The notes: generated from the sequence alone by a model not told the origin. Counted from the first letter of the stretch, positions 27,281 through 42,613 are shown. The stretch: DNA of 64,000 nt from Octopus vulgaris (GCA_951406725.2 OX597833.1:64976001-65040000); one strand, 5' to 3'. Numbers and translations are program-made.

Positions 27281-27391
27281 TAGAATGATACCCGTCATAT
27301 GAAGAGGAAGTGTGGAACTATGTTTTCGCTAAGTTGGGTAGCATCGGGAAATGTGGTCTGTATAATATACATACATACATACATATATACA

Positions 27392-27508
27392 AAGATACCG
27401 ATAGAATAAGTACTGGGCTTACAAAGAATAAGTCCCAGGATCGAGTTGCTCGATTAAAGGCGGTGCTCCAGCATGGCCACAGTCAAAATGACTGAAACAA
27501 GTAAAAAA
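27392..27508 (+). mobile_element. Family-A SINE 3' fragment
   Basis: CCGATAGAATAAGTACTGGGCTTACAAAGAATAAG..ATGACTGAAACAAGTAAAA. Confidence 0.85.
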
Positions 27509-27616
27509 AATATATACATACATATACATACATATATACGTATATATACATACATATATGCACACACATATATATATATCTATATCTATATATATATATA
27601 TTTATATCTTAGGTTT

Positions 27617-27672
<56 letters not shown>

Positions 27673-27694
27673 ATGTTACATTACTCGGTAGTCA

Positions 27695-27757
27695 AGATAA
27701 AACTCTGAGTTTCAGATGCCGAAGTGGAAATCCACAACACCATCTCTTCGGTTATCT
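27695..27757 (-). ncRNA. Variant hammerhead motif in (TA)n-abutting PLE-LTR-like element
   Basis: Minus strand AGATAA CCGAAGA GATG..GTGGATTTCCAC..CATC T GAA ACTCAGAGT T TTATCT: 6-bp stem I, extended stem II, pseudo-palindromic stem III. Confidence 0.55.
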
Positions 27758-28027
27758 GGCTATTTGAAAACGTTATGAAAAAATACCGTTAAAAATGAAG
27801 GGAAATTACTCTGTTATAACTCTGCTTTGCCTGCGTACTTATACATCGCTCGCATTTTTCGTCATAAAAATTATATAAAAATACATAAAAATATATAAAA
27901 ATATATAAAAATATATAAAAATATATAAAATCTTCTTGGGACATAACACAGAAAGCATGTTCTATCCGTTTTCTTTAGGGGACCAAAAACGTAACAGAAA
28001 TTTAGTCACATGTGGGCATGTATATAT

Positions 28028-28068
<41 letters not shown>

Positions 28069-29147
28069 GATACGCTGGTTTCAGTTTCTGTCTACCAAAT
28101 CCACAAACTAGGCGCTGCTTGGTAAGACGTCATACGAAATAAATTTTAATTTTATCGAATGTCTTTGTGCTTATATGAAATGGTTAAAAAAATAATAATT
28201 TTCACAGCAAAATTATTTAGTTTTAAATATAATTAAATAAAGCAAATTTCACTTTGGTATCACTTCTCCCATAACTACTCCATTAGTTCATCCCTACTCC
28301 CCAAGCCACTCCTCCACCTCCTGTTCTGTTTCTGCTTCTGCCCCAGCCTCTCTCACTGTGTGTTTGAGAGTAATGCTTTTTTGCTAACTCTCTACTACGA
28401 AAGCTCTTACTCCTACACGTTATCTGCTTATCTCTCTATTCTCTCTCTCTCTTCCTTCTATATACGATGTAAAATATGACTGCAGATGTCAACCAATCAA
28501 ACAACTAACCAAAATTTATAGCCCAGTTATTATACAGAAATATAAGTATGCGCCTCTGTGCCTTTATGTGCGCATACTGTTTAGATGAAAATTAGCACCT
28601 CCATTAAAAAAGGTGAAACGGCCATATTGACTCTCATTTTTCTCGACGCAATGCGCTTTTATTTCCGCCATGATGTTTAAAACACTCTTCATATCATATA
28701 GTTTCTTTTCATAGCTTCCAGTTCCCATATCTCTTTAGTATTTTATTCATTATCATATTGTTTTACGAGTGAAATACCGTATAATATTTTATTTATTACT
28801 TTAACGTTATCGATTTCTTTATGTGTATATTGATATATACTTGAATATAATTATTAGCCTGCATATATTTACTTAATGAGTCAGGCAAATTATCATATCT
28901 ACTTATTTCATTGTCTTTCATGTTGGTATTGATATATACGAATATTTGAGATTATAAGTTGGTTATTGAACACCTACGTCCTCGTCTTTCGTTTATATAC
29001 AGTCATGTGCGCGTGTGTGTGTCTGTGTGTATGTATGTACAGAGAGAAAAAGAGAGACAGGGAGAGAGAGAGAGACGTTTATACATTCACACATATATAT
29101 TGTACATATATATATGTATATATATATAAGTATATATACACATATAC

Positions 29148-29180
<33 letters not shown>

Positions 29181-29324
29181 AGTGTGTGTGTGTGTGTGTA
29201 TAAATATATAGAATATATAAATATATACACTGTGTAGTTATGTAGAAAGAAGGTTGCTTCCTCACGGCCTGGTTTTCGGGTTCAGCTCCACAGATGGCAC
29301 CTTGAGCCATTATTGTATTACGCA

Positions 29325-29486
29325 TGCGCAGAAGCGTTTGTTCGACTTGTGGCTGCTCGCATAATTACGCACGACTCCAGTTAGAGAAGGGGTGCGTATT
29401 ATACACAAGGTATTTTGCAGAGATACAGCCCCTAAATATCCCCTGCGTATTATACTCAAGGACGGACTATACTCGAGGATTTACGG
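29325..29486. mobile_element. Tc2/pogo-like DNA transposon end
   Basis: Terminal GGACTATACTCGAGGATTTACGG|TA with subterminal TGCGTATTATAC repeats; nearby minus-strand MERRSYTAA (about 29905-29934) resembles a pogo-type DNA-binding N-terminus. Confidence 0.55.
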
Positions 29487-30070
29487 TACTCACCTGTCTA
29501 TGGTTTTCCAGAAAATAAAAAAAATATAATATGTCACACCTGTACTTTCACCGACGTAATCAGTTTTTTTCGCAGGTATTTTTGTTATAATTTTAGTCGG
29601 CAGTGTTGTTTTGCAGCTCAAAGTTTTCTACGATCGAGTGGATAAAATGAAAGACATCACATCATGAATATCTTGTTTGTTTTCTTTTAGCCGTGCTATC
29701 TTTTGGAGTGTGATATCCTCTGATATCTATATAGGATCGTCTTGTTTATCCACCGAACAGTCTGAAGCTAGACGATATCTGCTGAGACAATCTATTTTTA
29801 AAGAAGCATCTACTGACTTATTCTATAGCGTATTCATTGCAACGGCTACCATTGCTGCTATGGCAGAATTATTCTCTAGTTAAGGCTACATAGGTCAGTT
29901 ATTATCAAGCGGCTGTGTAAGACCTTCTCTCCATGCCATTCATGTTTTATTTTTATTTCTCTGAAAGTGTACTGATACTAGCTTCCGATTTCGCTGCGGT
30001 GCGAGGTGAGTTCAGACATTCTTCACATGAATCACGTCCTAGCTTTCACGTCAATCGATATTTCAAACCG

Positions 30071-30129
<59 letters not shown>

Positions 30130-30130
<1 letters not shown>

Positions 30131-30299
30131 GTTACTTGTTTCAGTCATTTGATTGCAAATCGACCACAGAACTTATTCTTTGTAAGCCTAGTACTTATTC
30201 TATCGTTCTCTTTAGCCGAACCAAATCGCTAGGTTATGGGGTCAAAAACACAACAGCATCAGTTGTCAAGCAATGTTGGGGGTGACAAACACAGACACA

Positions 30300-30343
<44 letters not shown>

Positions 30344-30528
30344 TATATATATATACATATATATATGACAGGCTTCTTTCAGTTTCCATCTACCAAATCC
30401 ACTCAGGAAGCTTTGGTCGGCCCGAGGCTATAGTAGGAGACACTTGCCCAAGGTGCCACGCAATGGGACTGAACCTGGAATAGTGTGGTTCGTAGGCAAG
30501 CTACGTACCACACAGCCACTCCTACGCC
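30130..30528 (-). mobile_element. Family-A SINE with internal deletion
   Basis: Family match; head CACACAGCCACTCCTACGCC. Confidence 0.88.
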
Positions 30529-30928
30529 TACATATATATTTGTGTGTGTGTGTGTATGTATGTATATATATATATATATTTATGTATGTATGTATATTTC
30601 TATCTATATTTAAATCTATATGAGTGTGAGTCTGTGTGTGTGTGTGTGTTTGTATGCATACTTGTATGTCACATGAATATATTATGTCGATGCATGTGTG
30701 TTGTAATATGTCATTCCGAAATTCCGAACAGATAAAGATTTATCGCTTCATCAGCAATTTTTTTCTTAAATTTCCTTCGTAACTCGCCATTTTAAGAAGT
30801 AAATTACTCTATATTTCCACCTGCTTATTATTTTGATACATCGAGAATATTACAGGAGCGTCACAGAAAGCTAAGACGAGTTGTGCATATGTATACATAT
30901 ACTGAATACATATACTATACACATATGC

Positions 30929-30988
<60 letters not shown>

Positions 30989-31059
30989 ACATACATATAT
31001 AAATATATAAATATATATATTTATATATATATATATATATGTATATATATAAATATATA

Positions 31060-31108
<49 letters not shown>

Positions 31109-31221
31109 ATGTGTGTGTATATATATACATATATATGTGTGTGTATGCATATGTATGTATTTATGCTTATATTATATATATATATGCACACATGTATATA
31201 TATATATGTATCAGTATAAAC

Positions 31222-31252
<31 letters not shown>

Positions 31253-31770
31253 TATTCGTATACATAAACTTGCATTCGTATATATTGAAATATATATACA
31301 TCACCGTGATTGGTGTGTTTACCTATCCATACACATCCTTATATTACGCACACACACACACACACATATCTCGACCGATAGAGAAATTGATAGGGAGTTA
31401 GATAAACAGATAGGGATATTTGTGTGTATGTATGTAATTATGTTTGTATATATGCACATACATCTATTCATATTTTAGAGTTAGCAGATTTAATATCTAT
31501 ACGTATGCGTTAGCGTAAATGTGTGTGTGTGTGTGTGTGTGTGTTCGAGTGTGTATGTGCGAGTGCGTGTGTATGTTTACATAGAAGTATATTTAAATTA
31601 TATCATAAGTACGTATATATATATATATATATATATAGATGCTTATGTGAATATATCTATATTTATACATACGCATGTGGAAATATAGATTCACGTGCAG
31701 AAATAGAGATTACAGAAGAGATATAGAACATGAAACCTACAATATATATATATGTATGTATGTATATATA

Positions 31771-31837
<67 letters not shown>

Positions 31838-31926
31838 GGACGTTTGTATGTACGAAAGTACACATACACGCACATATACATGTGCATTATATATGTATGT
31901 ACATATATGCATGTGTACATGTATGC

Positions 31927-31966
<40 letters not shown>

Positions 31967-32332
31967 ATGTATGCATGTATGTATGTATGTATGTATGTAG
32001 TTTCTTATATATTCTGCACTGCAGTAAACGTTCGAGAATTCATCGATATAGAAGGGAATTTCTACGATAAAATCAAAACGATATCGAAGTTCTTTGAATA
32101 TTATATCCCAAGAAAATTGTGTCTTCTTAATTTCATTTCTCGTTGCTGATTTTTGATATCAGTTTCTTCATTTATAGCTGTCTACCTATGTACAAATGTG
32201 AACACACACACGCTTACACACGTTTACACACACACACATTTGCATACACACACACTATATATATATAAATATATGTATGTAGTTATACACTCACACACAC
32301 ATTTGTATATATTCTTTTATTTGTCTCATTCT

Positions 32333-32800
32333 CTCTTTTATTTCTTTCAGTCATTTGACTGCGACCATGCCGGAGCACCACCTTTAGTCGAGCAAATCCA
32401 CGCCAGCCTCGTACGTATTCTATGGGTCTCTTTTGCCGAACGGCTAAGTTACAGGGACGAAAACACGCCAGCATCGATTGTCAAGCGTTGGTGGAGGACA
32501 AACGCAAACAAACACGCACATACACACATATATATATATACATATATATATACGACGGGATTCTTTCAGCTTCCATCTACCAAATCCGCTCTCAAGGATT
32601 TGGTCAGCCGGAAGCTGTAGTTGAAGACACTTGCCCGAGGTGGCCTGCAGTGGGACTGAAACCGGAACCATGTGGTTGGTAAGTACTAGGCTTAAAAAGA
32701 ATTAAGTCCTGGGGTCGATTTCTTCGACTAAATTCCTCCCAGGCTGAGCTCCAGCATGACCGCAACCAAATGACTGAAACAAATAAAAGAATGAAAGAAT
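32333..32800. mobile_element. Family-A SINE (-) fused to an inverted family-A 3' fragment (+)
   Basis: Minus copy to about 32682 switches at TAAG into plus-strand TAAGTACTAGGCTT..ATGACTGAAACAAATAAAAG. Confidence 0.8.
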
Positions 32801-32818
32801 ATACATACATACATATGT

Positions 32819-32921
<103 letters not shown>

Positions 32922-33262
32922 AACATATCTGTGTATTTGAGTGAGTCCCAACATCGTTCGCTTAGCAGTTGGCATGACTTTGGTCTGTCAGACTGATAGG
33001 TGAACCTGCCAACGTTGCACCGTTGAAGATTTATCTTAACCATTGAAACCAAGCGAAAATGATGTTTTATTACATATATATATACTACTCATCTATCCGT
33101 TAACATTGTTCTCATTGCCAAAATGTTTTTAGGTTGAGATGCGTTTAGAAATGCACCGTAAATGAATAAATCAACATGGCATCTATTGTGCCACCTGAAA
33201 TCAGGAATGTTCGACTGTCTATTATATAAACGCAAGTATGTATATATATATATATATGTTCG

Positions 33263-33301
<39 letters not shown>

Positions 33302-33607
33302 GTATGCATGTATATATCCATATAAGTATGTATGCATGTATGTATCTTTCTAGCTATCTATTCATTTATTTGTCTATCTGTGTACACATACACACACATT
33401 TACAAAAATTGATATGTGTGTGTAGATACGGGCGATTTTTGACCGGCGACATTTGGTGTTGCCACCGCCGGTTGCTTTCGAAGTGATGGACGGAGAGAAA
33501 GAGAGTTTAGTAAGAAATAGATGGGGGGGGGTTTGAAATTTCACTTTAAGGCCAGATAATCTTTCATGGCTTATAAGTCAACTTTTTGCTTATGATAATT
33601 ATGCAAC

Positions 33608-33658
<51 letters not shown>

Positions 33659-33930
33659 GTTTGTGTGTGTGTGTATGTATATGTATATGTATGTATAAAC
33701 ACACACATATACATATACATATAGCCATATATTTTCATCATTTACATATACATATATTCCTAAGTATCACGATATAATTATGTATGAATTCATGCGTGTT
33801 TATAAACGTTTATATACATATGTGTAAATATATATTGTGTAGATACATACATATATTTATATGTGTGTGCATCAATGCGTATATATATATATATATATAT
33901 ATATATGCATATATACATGGATATATATAT

Positions 33931-33992
<62 letters not shown>

Positions 33993-34149
33993 AAATATAT
34001 AAATATATACATTTTATGTAAATATATATATACACACATACTTTCTGTATATGATGTAAATATTGCTTGGACAAATCCAGATGTAGACCTCAATAAAACT
34101 GCCTGCTTATCCGTCCAGATTTTAAGAAGTTCCAACTGTTTTTAAGAAA

Positions 34150-34410
34150 CACTCTACTTTGAAAACAGAGAAATATTTGTCACTGATCTTGATCAAGAGC
34201 ACGGATCACCTTACACCAACGAATTACAGACAACTGACTCAACCCTACAGTAAACTACCACACATGTACGGTCTTCCTAAGATTCACAAGGATGGTATTC
34301 CATTAAGACCTATGGTGAACATAGCGACAGTTCCACCAGATGATGTCAGTGGCCATCTTCGAACCCGAAGGACGAACATTATTATTATGGTGAACTGTAG
34401 AGGTTCAGCT
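34150..34410 (+). mobile_element. Penelope-like element RT fragment
   Basis: Signature PHMYGLPKIHKDGIPLRPMVN..CRGSACH (PLE YGLPKIHK-PLRPIV motif). Confidence 0.85.
34321..34385 (+). mobile_element. 65-bp RTE-like 3' terminal fragment inserted in the PLE RT
   Basis: 10-bp TSD TATGGTGAAC (34311-34320, 34386-34395), CTTCG-AACC-CGAAG stem-loop, (ATT)n tail. Confidence 0.75.
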
Positions 34411-35568
34411 TGTCACATTCAGTGTTCTTTTACAGAGCTTAGAAAGACTTAAGGAGCGCTGCAGTAAATGTGTGAATCTGAGGATGGAAGAGGTCAAACA
34501 AAATCATAATTAACTGTACGTCCTGTATTTTCTTTTACCCAAAGCCAAGAACTTTTTAGCACACACGCGTGTGTCTTGACAGAAAGAGCTATAAGTAAGG
34601 CAAATGAAAGTGCAAGCTAAGCAAAGTGGGAAAAAGTGTGGAGGAGAGAGAGGAAGTATAAACGAGAGAAAACGACAAAAATTGTAGCAGAGAGCGATAC
34701 ACTAATGCTGTGTCACCATTTTATACATATAATATAACGTTATTAAGTACATCCGCACCTATCTCAATTATATGCATACAAACAATTGACCCATTCGATT
34801 TAATTCCCTTGGGTGTTTTTTTTTATTAGTATAAACGTGTTTTATACAGCTGATGCATTCATATATGTTTTATATATATATATATATATATATAACTCTC
34901 TAGCTACTAATATACACTCCTGTTTTTCTTTCTTCATCTTTCTTTCTTCCATTTATCATCTCTGTCTGTCTGTCTGTCTCTCGCTCCATTTCTCTATCTC
35001 TCTCTATCTATCTCTCCCCCTCTCTCCCTCTCTCCCCTCAAACAGTTGTACACATACAAACAACTACATACATATTGATAAATAGATAGGTAGATAATGG
35101 TAAATAATTTATATTGCAAAAGTAATAAAGATATATATATATATATATATATAAATATGTACAAATGTACGCATAAATATATATATATATATGTGTGTGT
35201 CTGTGTGTGTGTGTGTGTATGTGAGGGTGTGTGTGTGTATCTATATGTATGTATGTTTGTAGGAATATATTTATGTACCAATGTGTGTTCCTCTTTTTTA
35301 TTCGTATGTCAGAATAAATTTGCATTTGCGTCAATTTTGTCGAAAGCTGTAGAAAATGAAAGTGGAATTTATGGCAAGTCTAGTATGGAAACTGCCGGGT
35401 TGCTACCATCTGACCTCTTTAACATATATATATAGATGCATGTACTCACACACGTACACGAAGGCACACACACACAGATACACCCACAAACAGACGCACA
35501 CACACACATGTATATATCTGTGTGTATATATATATATATACCTATAAATATATGTATAGAGTGTTAGG

Positions 35569-35610
<42 letters not shown>

Positions 35611-35672
35611 GGGTAGAGAGAAAGAGAATGCCGTTATTTAATTCCTTTATATATATATATATATATGTATGC

Positions 35673-35731
<59 letters not shown>

Positions 35732-35791
35732 TATATATATACATATATATATACACCTACATACATATATATGTGTGTATGTATATGTATG

Positions 35792-35825
<34 letters not shown>

Positions 35826-36702
35826 TGTATGTATGTATGTATGTATGTATGTATGTATGTATGCATGTATGTACGTATGTATGTATGTAGCAGAATGGTG
35901 TGTTGGTTGAATAAAATACATCTTAGTGCGGAATTAACTGAGAAGCGTAAAAGCAAAAAAAAAGTGCAGCATACCAAATTTAACTGCATCTCAAATGTTA
36001 GGTTTCCCGAACAAGAATGCAATTTCCATATGTATTCTATTAGATGCTTATATTTGTTCCTGTTAATGCTTTCGTAAAAAAAAAAAAAACAAGAACAAAA
36101 AAACAGAAATGGAACATTTATTGATGACGTTTTTGGGCGTCGATGTGTTACAGGTTGAATTTATATTACGCGTGTATGCTTGGTCCTTCGTGTGTCTATA
36201 TATATATATATATGTACATGTTTTAGGGGATTTTTCCTGAATCTAAGAATATTTTGCTTCACTTCGTTTCATACAACCCAGCCAATAGACCATCACATAG
36301 GGCATATAGATATACGTATGTAAGTATATATACATACAAACAAATATATATGTATGTATGTATGTATGTATATATGTATATATATGTAGGTATATATGTA
36401 TATGTAGGTATGTAAGACTCAAATTATGACACTAGCATAGTGTATATGCAGATGTAATTCGCTTCTCATACATGGAAGTACATGCAAGCCAGCGCACTCG
36501 AACTATATAATGTACACATAAATACATACGTACATGTATATATATATATAGATATACAGACGTATACAGACATAGACACATGCATTTATTTAAATATATG
36601 TATACGGCTGTGTGAGCATACATGCGTATATGTATATGGACACACACATATATGTATACATGTACATACACACATGCGTACATATATATATATATACATA
36701 TC

Positions 36703-36782
<80 letters not shown>

Positions 36783-37840
36783 CACACACATAATACTATA
36801 GTAGGAACTGTATGATTCTATGGTCTTTAATCTAGGTAGATAGAAAGAGAACGGAGAGAGGGAAATAAATAAAATGAGAGTGTTACATATACAAACATAT
36901 ATACATACATACATATACATACATACATGGATGGATGCATAGATACATATATATACATGCAATCTGACATACTAACTCCGATATTTCCATTCTCTCCTGC
37001 ACTTATAGTTCGTGGAGTTAAGAAGTGCGCCATTTTGAATATCATTATCTCTCTCTCCTTCGGCGAGATTGGCCAACCAATAATGTGTAACAAGCATCTC
37101 ATCGCACGACGCTGAAAAACCTATGCCAAGCCATTTATTATCCTTTATGTTCGGTTCGGGAATCTTCTACTGACAGCGGCATATGAATTGAGCATTAGCC
37201 TGTTATGCTAGTTTACTTAGCATTTCTCCATCTCCCAGTGAAAGCTTTCTTTTGCATAATATTCAAAACGAGAGAGCCGGACGTCAGTTGGGAGTGTTCT
37301 TTTTTATAGTAAATAGATTCTCGTTACGGCTATAAATTTCTACGCTTATTGTTAGCCACTACATTGAACAATGCACGTATTCTACCCCATTACCAAGACT
37401 TTTTATTTAGTTCCTAATTATTATTTACCAGCTAATGCTGTTTGTTAAATGACCTGGGTTTCTTTATACTTAAGGCTACTTCCCAATGGCTTGTTCTTTA
37501 CGACTGCTAACGTTTTATTTAGTCAAGTGTTAGACATAACTATATATTTTGCTGTATCCTTTAGTGGGGAGTGAATATAAGCCGTTCATTTTATGTAGAG
37601 AATAGAAGACCGATCCGTACCTAATGTTACTTTAGAACAAAGGCGCAACAGACCTCCACAGGAGCCAGTGCAAAATATTATCTGGAGGGCGCAGTTTCGG
37701 CTAACGCACGCGACACACACGCACACACTCACACACATACACACAAACTTTCATGTATACATACATACATAAATCGATACATGCATACATGTGTGTGTTA
37801 ATGTATATGGGTCTTCTGGGTACTAACACTTCTCATATAT

Positions 37841-38248
37841 ACTCTTTTACTCTTTTACTTGTTTCAGTCATTTGACTGCGGCCATGCTGGAGCACCGCCT
37901 TTAGTCGACCAAATCGACCACGGGACTTATTCTTTGTAAGCCCAGTACTTATTCTATCGGTCTCTTTTGCCGAACCGCTAAGTGACGGGGACGTAAACAC
38001 ACCAGCATCGGTTGTCAAGCAATGCTAGGGGGAGAAACACAGACACACAAACACACAAACACATATATATATATATACATATATACGACAGGCTTCTTTC
38101 AGTTTCCGTCTACCAAATCCACTCACAAGGCATTAGTCGGCCCGGGGCTATAGCAGAAGACACTTGCCCAAGATGCCACGCAGTGGGAATGAACCCGGAA
38201 CCATGTGGTTGGTTAGCAAGCTACTTACCACACAGCCACTCCTGCGCC
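37841..38248 (-). mobile_element. Family-A SINE, full length, young
   Basis: Near-identical to 56574-57027 and 40195-40640. Confidence 0.93.
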
Positions 38249-38837
38249 TATATATATGAAATTTGTAGTGACACAAGCGTTATGAATACCAGAAGGTAAT
38301 CTTTAATTTGGATGAGAACAAACGATCGTTTCGACGAAACGTTAAGCATCAGCATTTACGTCGCAAGCACCATGGAAGTAGGTTCCTATTACAATACACA
38401 CAATTCATAACACAGAACTCAAAATTATTAATCTGCGTTTATGTCAGCCGCCGATCTACAATTTCAGATCTATTCATGCTTGCAAGAAATTTCGCAATAA
38501 CTTGTGCCAAAACCCACATTCTGGACAGAAGGTTTCGTTACCACGCTATCATAGTTTTGGGACAAAATCCTAGAAACTGTCACCAGAGACAAACGATTTG
38601 GCGAGAGAACTAACATGGTCTAGATTTCGCCTCTCTTCCCATCAGAATGACGCAGTGAACCACAGTGATTCATTGTTCGAAACCTATTAATAACGACACT
38701 ATTATTCATATTTGCATGAGATATACATACGTATATTTGTGCAGGCGTGGCTGTGTGGTAAGAAAATTGTTTCCTAACAACATTGTTCCGAGTGCAGTCC
38801 CACTGCGTGTCATCTACGTTGACTCTCTACTACTATA

Positions 38838-39152
38838 GACGTGGCTTACGTTTTAGAATATTCGGTCCACGATCAGACGGTCGCAAAATCGATTCTCAGC
38901 ATCACGTTGTCTCCTTGAGCAAGACACTTCATTTAACGATGATCCCGTTCATTCAGCTGCCAAATTGTGTTGTGCCTGTGTTTCAAAGGAGCCAGCCTTG
39001 TCGCATACTGTGTCACGTTAAATCTCATTGACAACTAAGATAAACGTATGCATATCTCTGGAGCACTCAGCCACTTGCCCGTTAATTTCCCGAGCAGGTT
39101 GTTCCGTTGATCGGATCAACTGGAACACCCGTTTCCGTAGGCGACAGAGTTC
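38838..39152 (+). mobile_element. Degenerate tRNA-derived SINE (family-D-like head)
   Basis: GACGTGGCTTA..TCGATTC..CGTTGTCTCCTTGAGCAAGACACTT; preceded by a family-A head fragment at 38742-38808. Confidence 0.65.
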
Positions 39153-39274
39153 GAGATAGTAATAGATATATATATATATATATGTATATGTGTTTATATA
39201 TATATATATGCATATATGTATATATATATATATATATATCTATATATATATATATAAGTATGTATATATAAGTG

Positions 39275-39308
<34 letters not shown>

Positions 39309-39612
39309 AAATGATGTCTGTTGATATGTTTGTTTGTTGAAGTGTAATTAAAATATTCGCGATAACTGGTGCAAATAGTTGACAATAAACAAATACATTA
39401 CAATTATGCAAATTAAATTAAAATGGTCATTGCAAGATTATATTAAGAATATAAATTAAATAAAAACTTGCACTTATTAATATTGATTTCTCGTCTAATT
39501 AAATATGAACATTGCTACTACAACTGTAATAGAAGACAAATTTGTTTGGGGTAAAAAAAAGCACAGCTAATTTACACAAATTTACTTACTCCGAATACAT
39601 ATAGACATAAAC

Positions 39613-39666
<54 letters not shown>

Positions 39667-39687
39667 GTATATATGTGGGCGTCTATG

Positions 39688-39764
<77 letters not shown>

Positions 39765-39795
39765 TATATATGTGGGGTCTATGTGTGTGAGTGTC

Positions 39796-39840
<45 letters not shown>

Positions 39841-40194
39841 AAGATTCACTATTGCAGATACATTACAGTCGATCATATCAATTGGTTTCGCACCTGGTAT
39901 TAGTTAACTGGTCTGTTATCTAATACATACGCTCATCAGAGGTGGCAGGTAGTGACAATAAGTGTCTGTTGCCGTACGATATTGAACACGTGAAACTGTC
40001 TCAAGCGACTTTTGGGGGGATTTTGTCAATAAACGAAGAGAAATCAATGGAGACAATTAATCAACCTCTTCATCAAGCGTTCTGCCTCTTGTCCATCATA
40101 GAAATTGAGGCAAGGGTGAGGCAGCTGGAGCCTGGAATCTTAGGGTGTGTATCGTGAGGATTTAAGCTGTTTGGTGTATATATAGCGGTGATAT

Positions 40195-40414
40195 ACTCTT
40201 TACTCTTTTACTCTTTTACTTGTTTCAGTCATTTGACTGCGGCCATGCTGGAGCACCGCCTTTAATCGAGCAAATCGACCCCGGGACTTATTCTTTGTAA
40301 GCCCAGTACTTATTCTATCGGTCTCTTTTGCCGAACCGCTAGGTGACGGGAACGTTAACCCCACACCAGCATCTGTTGTCAAGCAATGCTAGAGGGACAA
40401 ACACACACACACAA

Positions 40415-40460
<46 letters not shown>

Positions 40461-40640
40461 GTATATACATATATACGACAGGCTTCTTTCAGTTTCCGTC
40501 TACCAAATCCACTTACAAGGCATTGGTCGGCCCGCGGGCTATAGCAGAAGACAGTTGCCCCAGATGCCACGCAGTGGGACTGAACCCGGAACCATGTGGT
40601 TGGTTAGCAAGCTACTTACCACACAGCCACTCCTGTGCGG
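40195..40640 (-). mobile_element. Family-A SINE, full length
   Basis: Family match with (CTCTTTTA)x3 tail. Confidence 0.93.
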
Positions 40641-40802
40641 GGAATTGTACACTCATGTGTTCCCGTGTTTCACTAGAAAACCAAAACATCATCATTATCT
40701 GACTTGAAAGTAACAGGCACAGTTAGCTACGTCTGTACATAGTCCTGTATGACGTCATTGCGTGACTTTCACATGTGATATCCTAATGTTGCTTTAAGCT
40801 GT

Positions 40803-41235
40803 GCTTGACTTGACTTGACTTGAGAAAGCATTCACCCGGCGTGAGTTGAGCTGGCTTCATTCATCCTCAATGCTGCATCTCTCACAAACGCCGACCAGAC
40901 CTGGCGATTTGAAGCTAACGATCGCGTGATCTCCAGCCACTCCCTATTCCAACGGCGAAACGCCGTAGATATGGGGGCCCTGGACTGGGTTCCATATCAG
41001 CCTTGACTGTCATCAGCCAGGTTTTTCGTTGTCCACCACATCGCTTTCGACAACCCTGAAGGGGAGCTGGGGCAATTGCTTCGTAGATGAATTCTCCTGG
41101 TTGACGACGGAAGGCACGACCCAGCCAACGCAGACGTCTCGTTAGGATGAATTGTCCGAAGGAGGTGATTCTGCACTGATGTCGCACCGAATTGTTAGAG
41201 ACAAAGTGATGCCATCGGACACGAATGCTTAAGCT
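40803..41235 (-). mobile_element. RTE-clade LINE 3' fragment
   Basis: RVRWHHFVSNNSVR..RRLRWLGRAFRR..RKRCGGQRKTW; (TCAAG)n tail at 40804-40823. Confidence 0.88.
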
Positions 41236-41559
41236 GTGCGGCCTTATTTTGCTTCTATCTTTATTCGTACTGGTTATTTGTGTCGAGTTTGTTTTCGACA
41301 CCATCCTCTACGCTCGCTCATTATTCCCAGAAGCGTTTTACTGTTGAAGCCACCAACATCACCAAGTTAATTGTTAAAAGCTTGAAATTGTAATGGTTTT
41401 CGGAAGACAGCTGACGATGGCCGTTGAGAAAAAAAGCATGTTCGTATGTTGTGCGTAACTTTTCCGTTGACCTTTCGCCGCCCTTCGGTTCAAACTTACT
41501 GTTTTCAAACATTAATATTCCTACATGCATATATATATATATATATATATACATATATG

Positions 41560-41626
<67 letters not shown>

Positions 41627-42287
41627 TTATATATGTATGTATGTATATGTGTATATGTATACCTTAACTCTGTATTCTTGGCATTATTATCTCTAGTGTC
41701 CTCCATTCTTAAAGACAATATTGTTTAACGAATATTTTGCTTCTATTTCTAGCAAACAGACCTGTCCTATACATACTCCATCATTGCTTTAATACTCACC
41801 AGTTCCGCTCATTGTCATTGTTGTTGCTACTGTTGCTGTTGTTGGTGCATCAGTAAACCAGTTTGATCATCGAGGAAATGCAATGCAGCACTTTTTCCGA
41901 TTGACTGCACTCTGATTTCAAATCCCGCCGAGGTCACCTTAGCCACTGATCTCTTTGCAGTCAATATATAAAACAGTAGTACTTGGTCGGTTTCTCCATT
42001 TTGTATTTCTCTTTCACTACCTCCCACCATACCTCTCTTCTCTTCCTTCGCCTTTCATCTCTTCCCCCCTCTCCCCTCTGTCTTGCTCTCCCCCCTCTTC
42101 TTCCAGTAGCGCTATCTTTCATTTTTTTTGGTTGTTTTTGCTTTTATGACTAACCAATTTATTCGACTTTATGGAGCGTTTTTATCTTCTCTCTAATTGC
42201 CGTCGCAGATCATTACTAGTTTCTATGGTCACAGATGGAATATCTTTGATCATAAGTCTGCTCAATCAGGCCTGACCTACGACGAAG

Positions 42288-42394
42288 ACTCATCATCATC
42301 GCCGCCGTCATCGTCGTCGTCCTCATCATCACCTTCATCACAAATGCCATCGCCACCAACTCAAACATCACCATCATCATCATCATCATCATCG

Positions 42395-42442
<48 letters not shown>

Positions 42443-42556
42443 ATATCATCATCGTCGTTGTTGTCGCCGGTGCCGTCATCGTCATCACCATCATCATCAA
42501 TATCATCATCATCATCATCATCATCACTGTCATCATCATCATCATCATCATCACTG

Positions 42557-42613
<57 letters not shown>

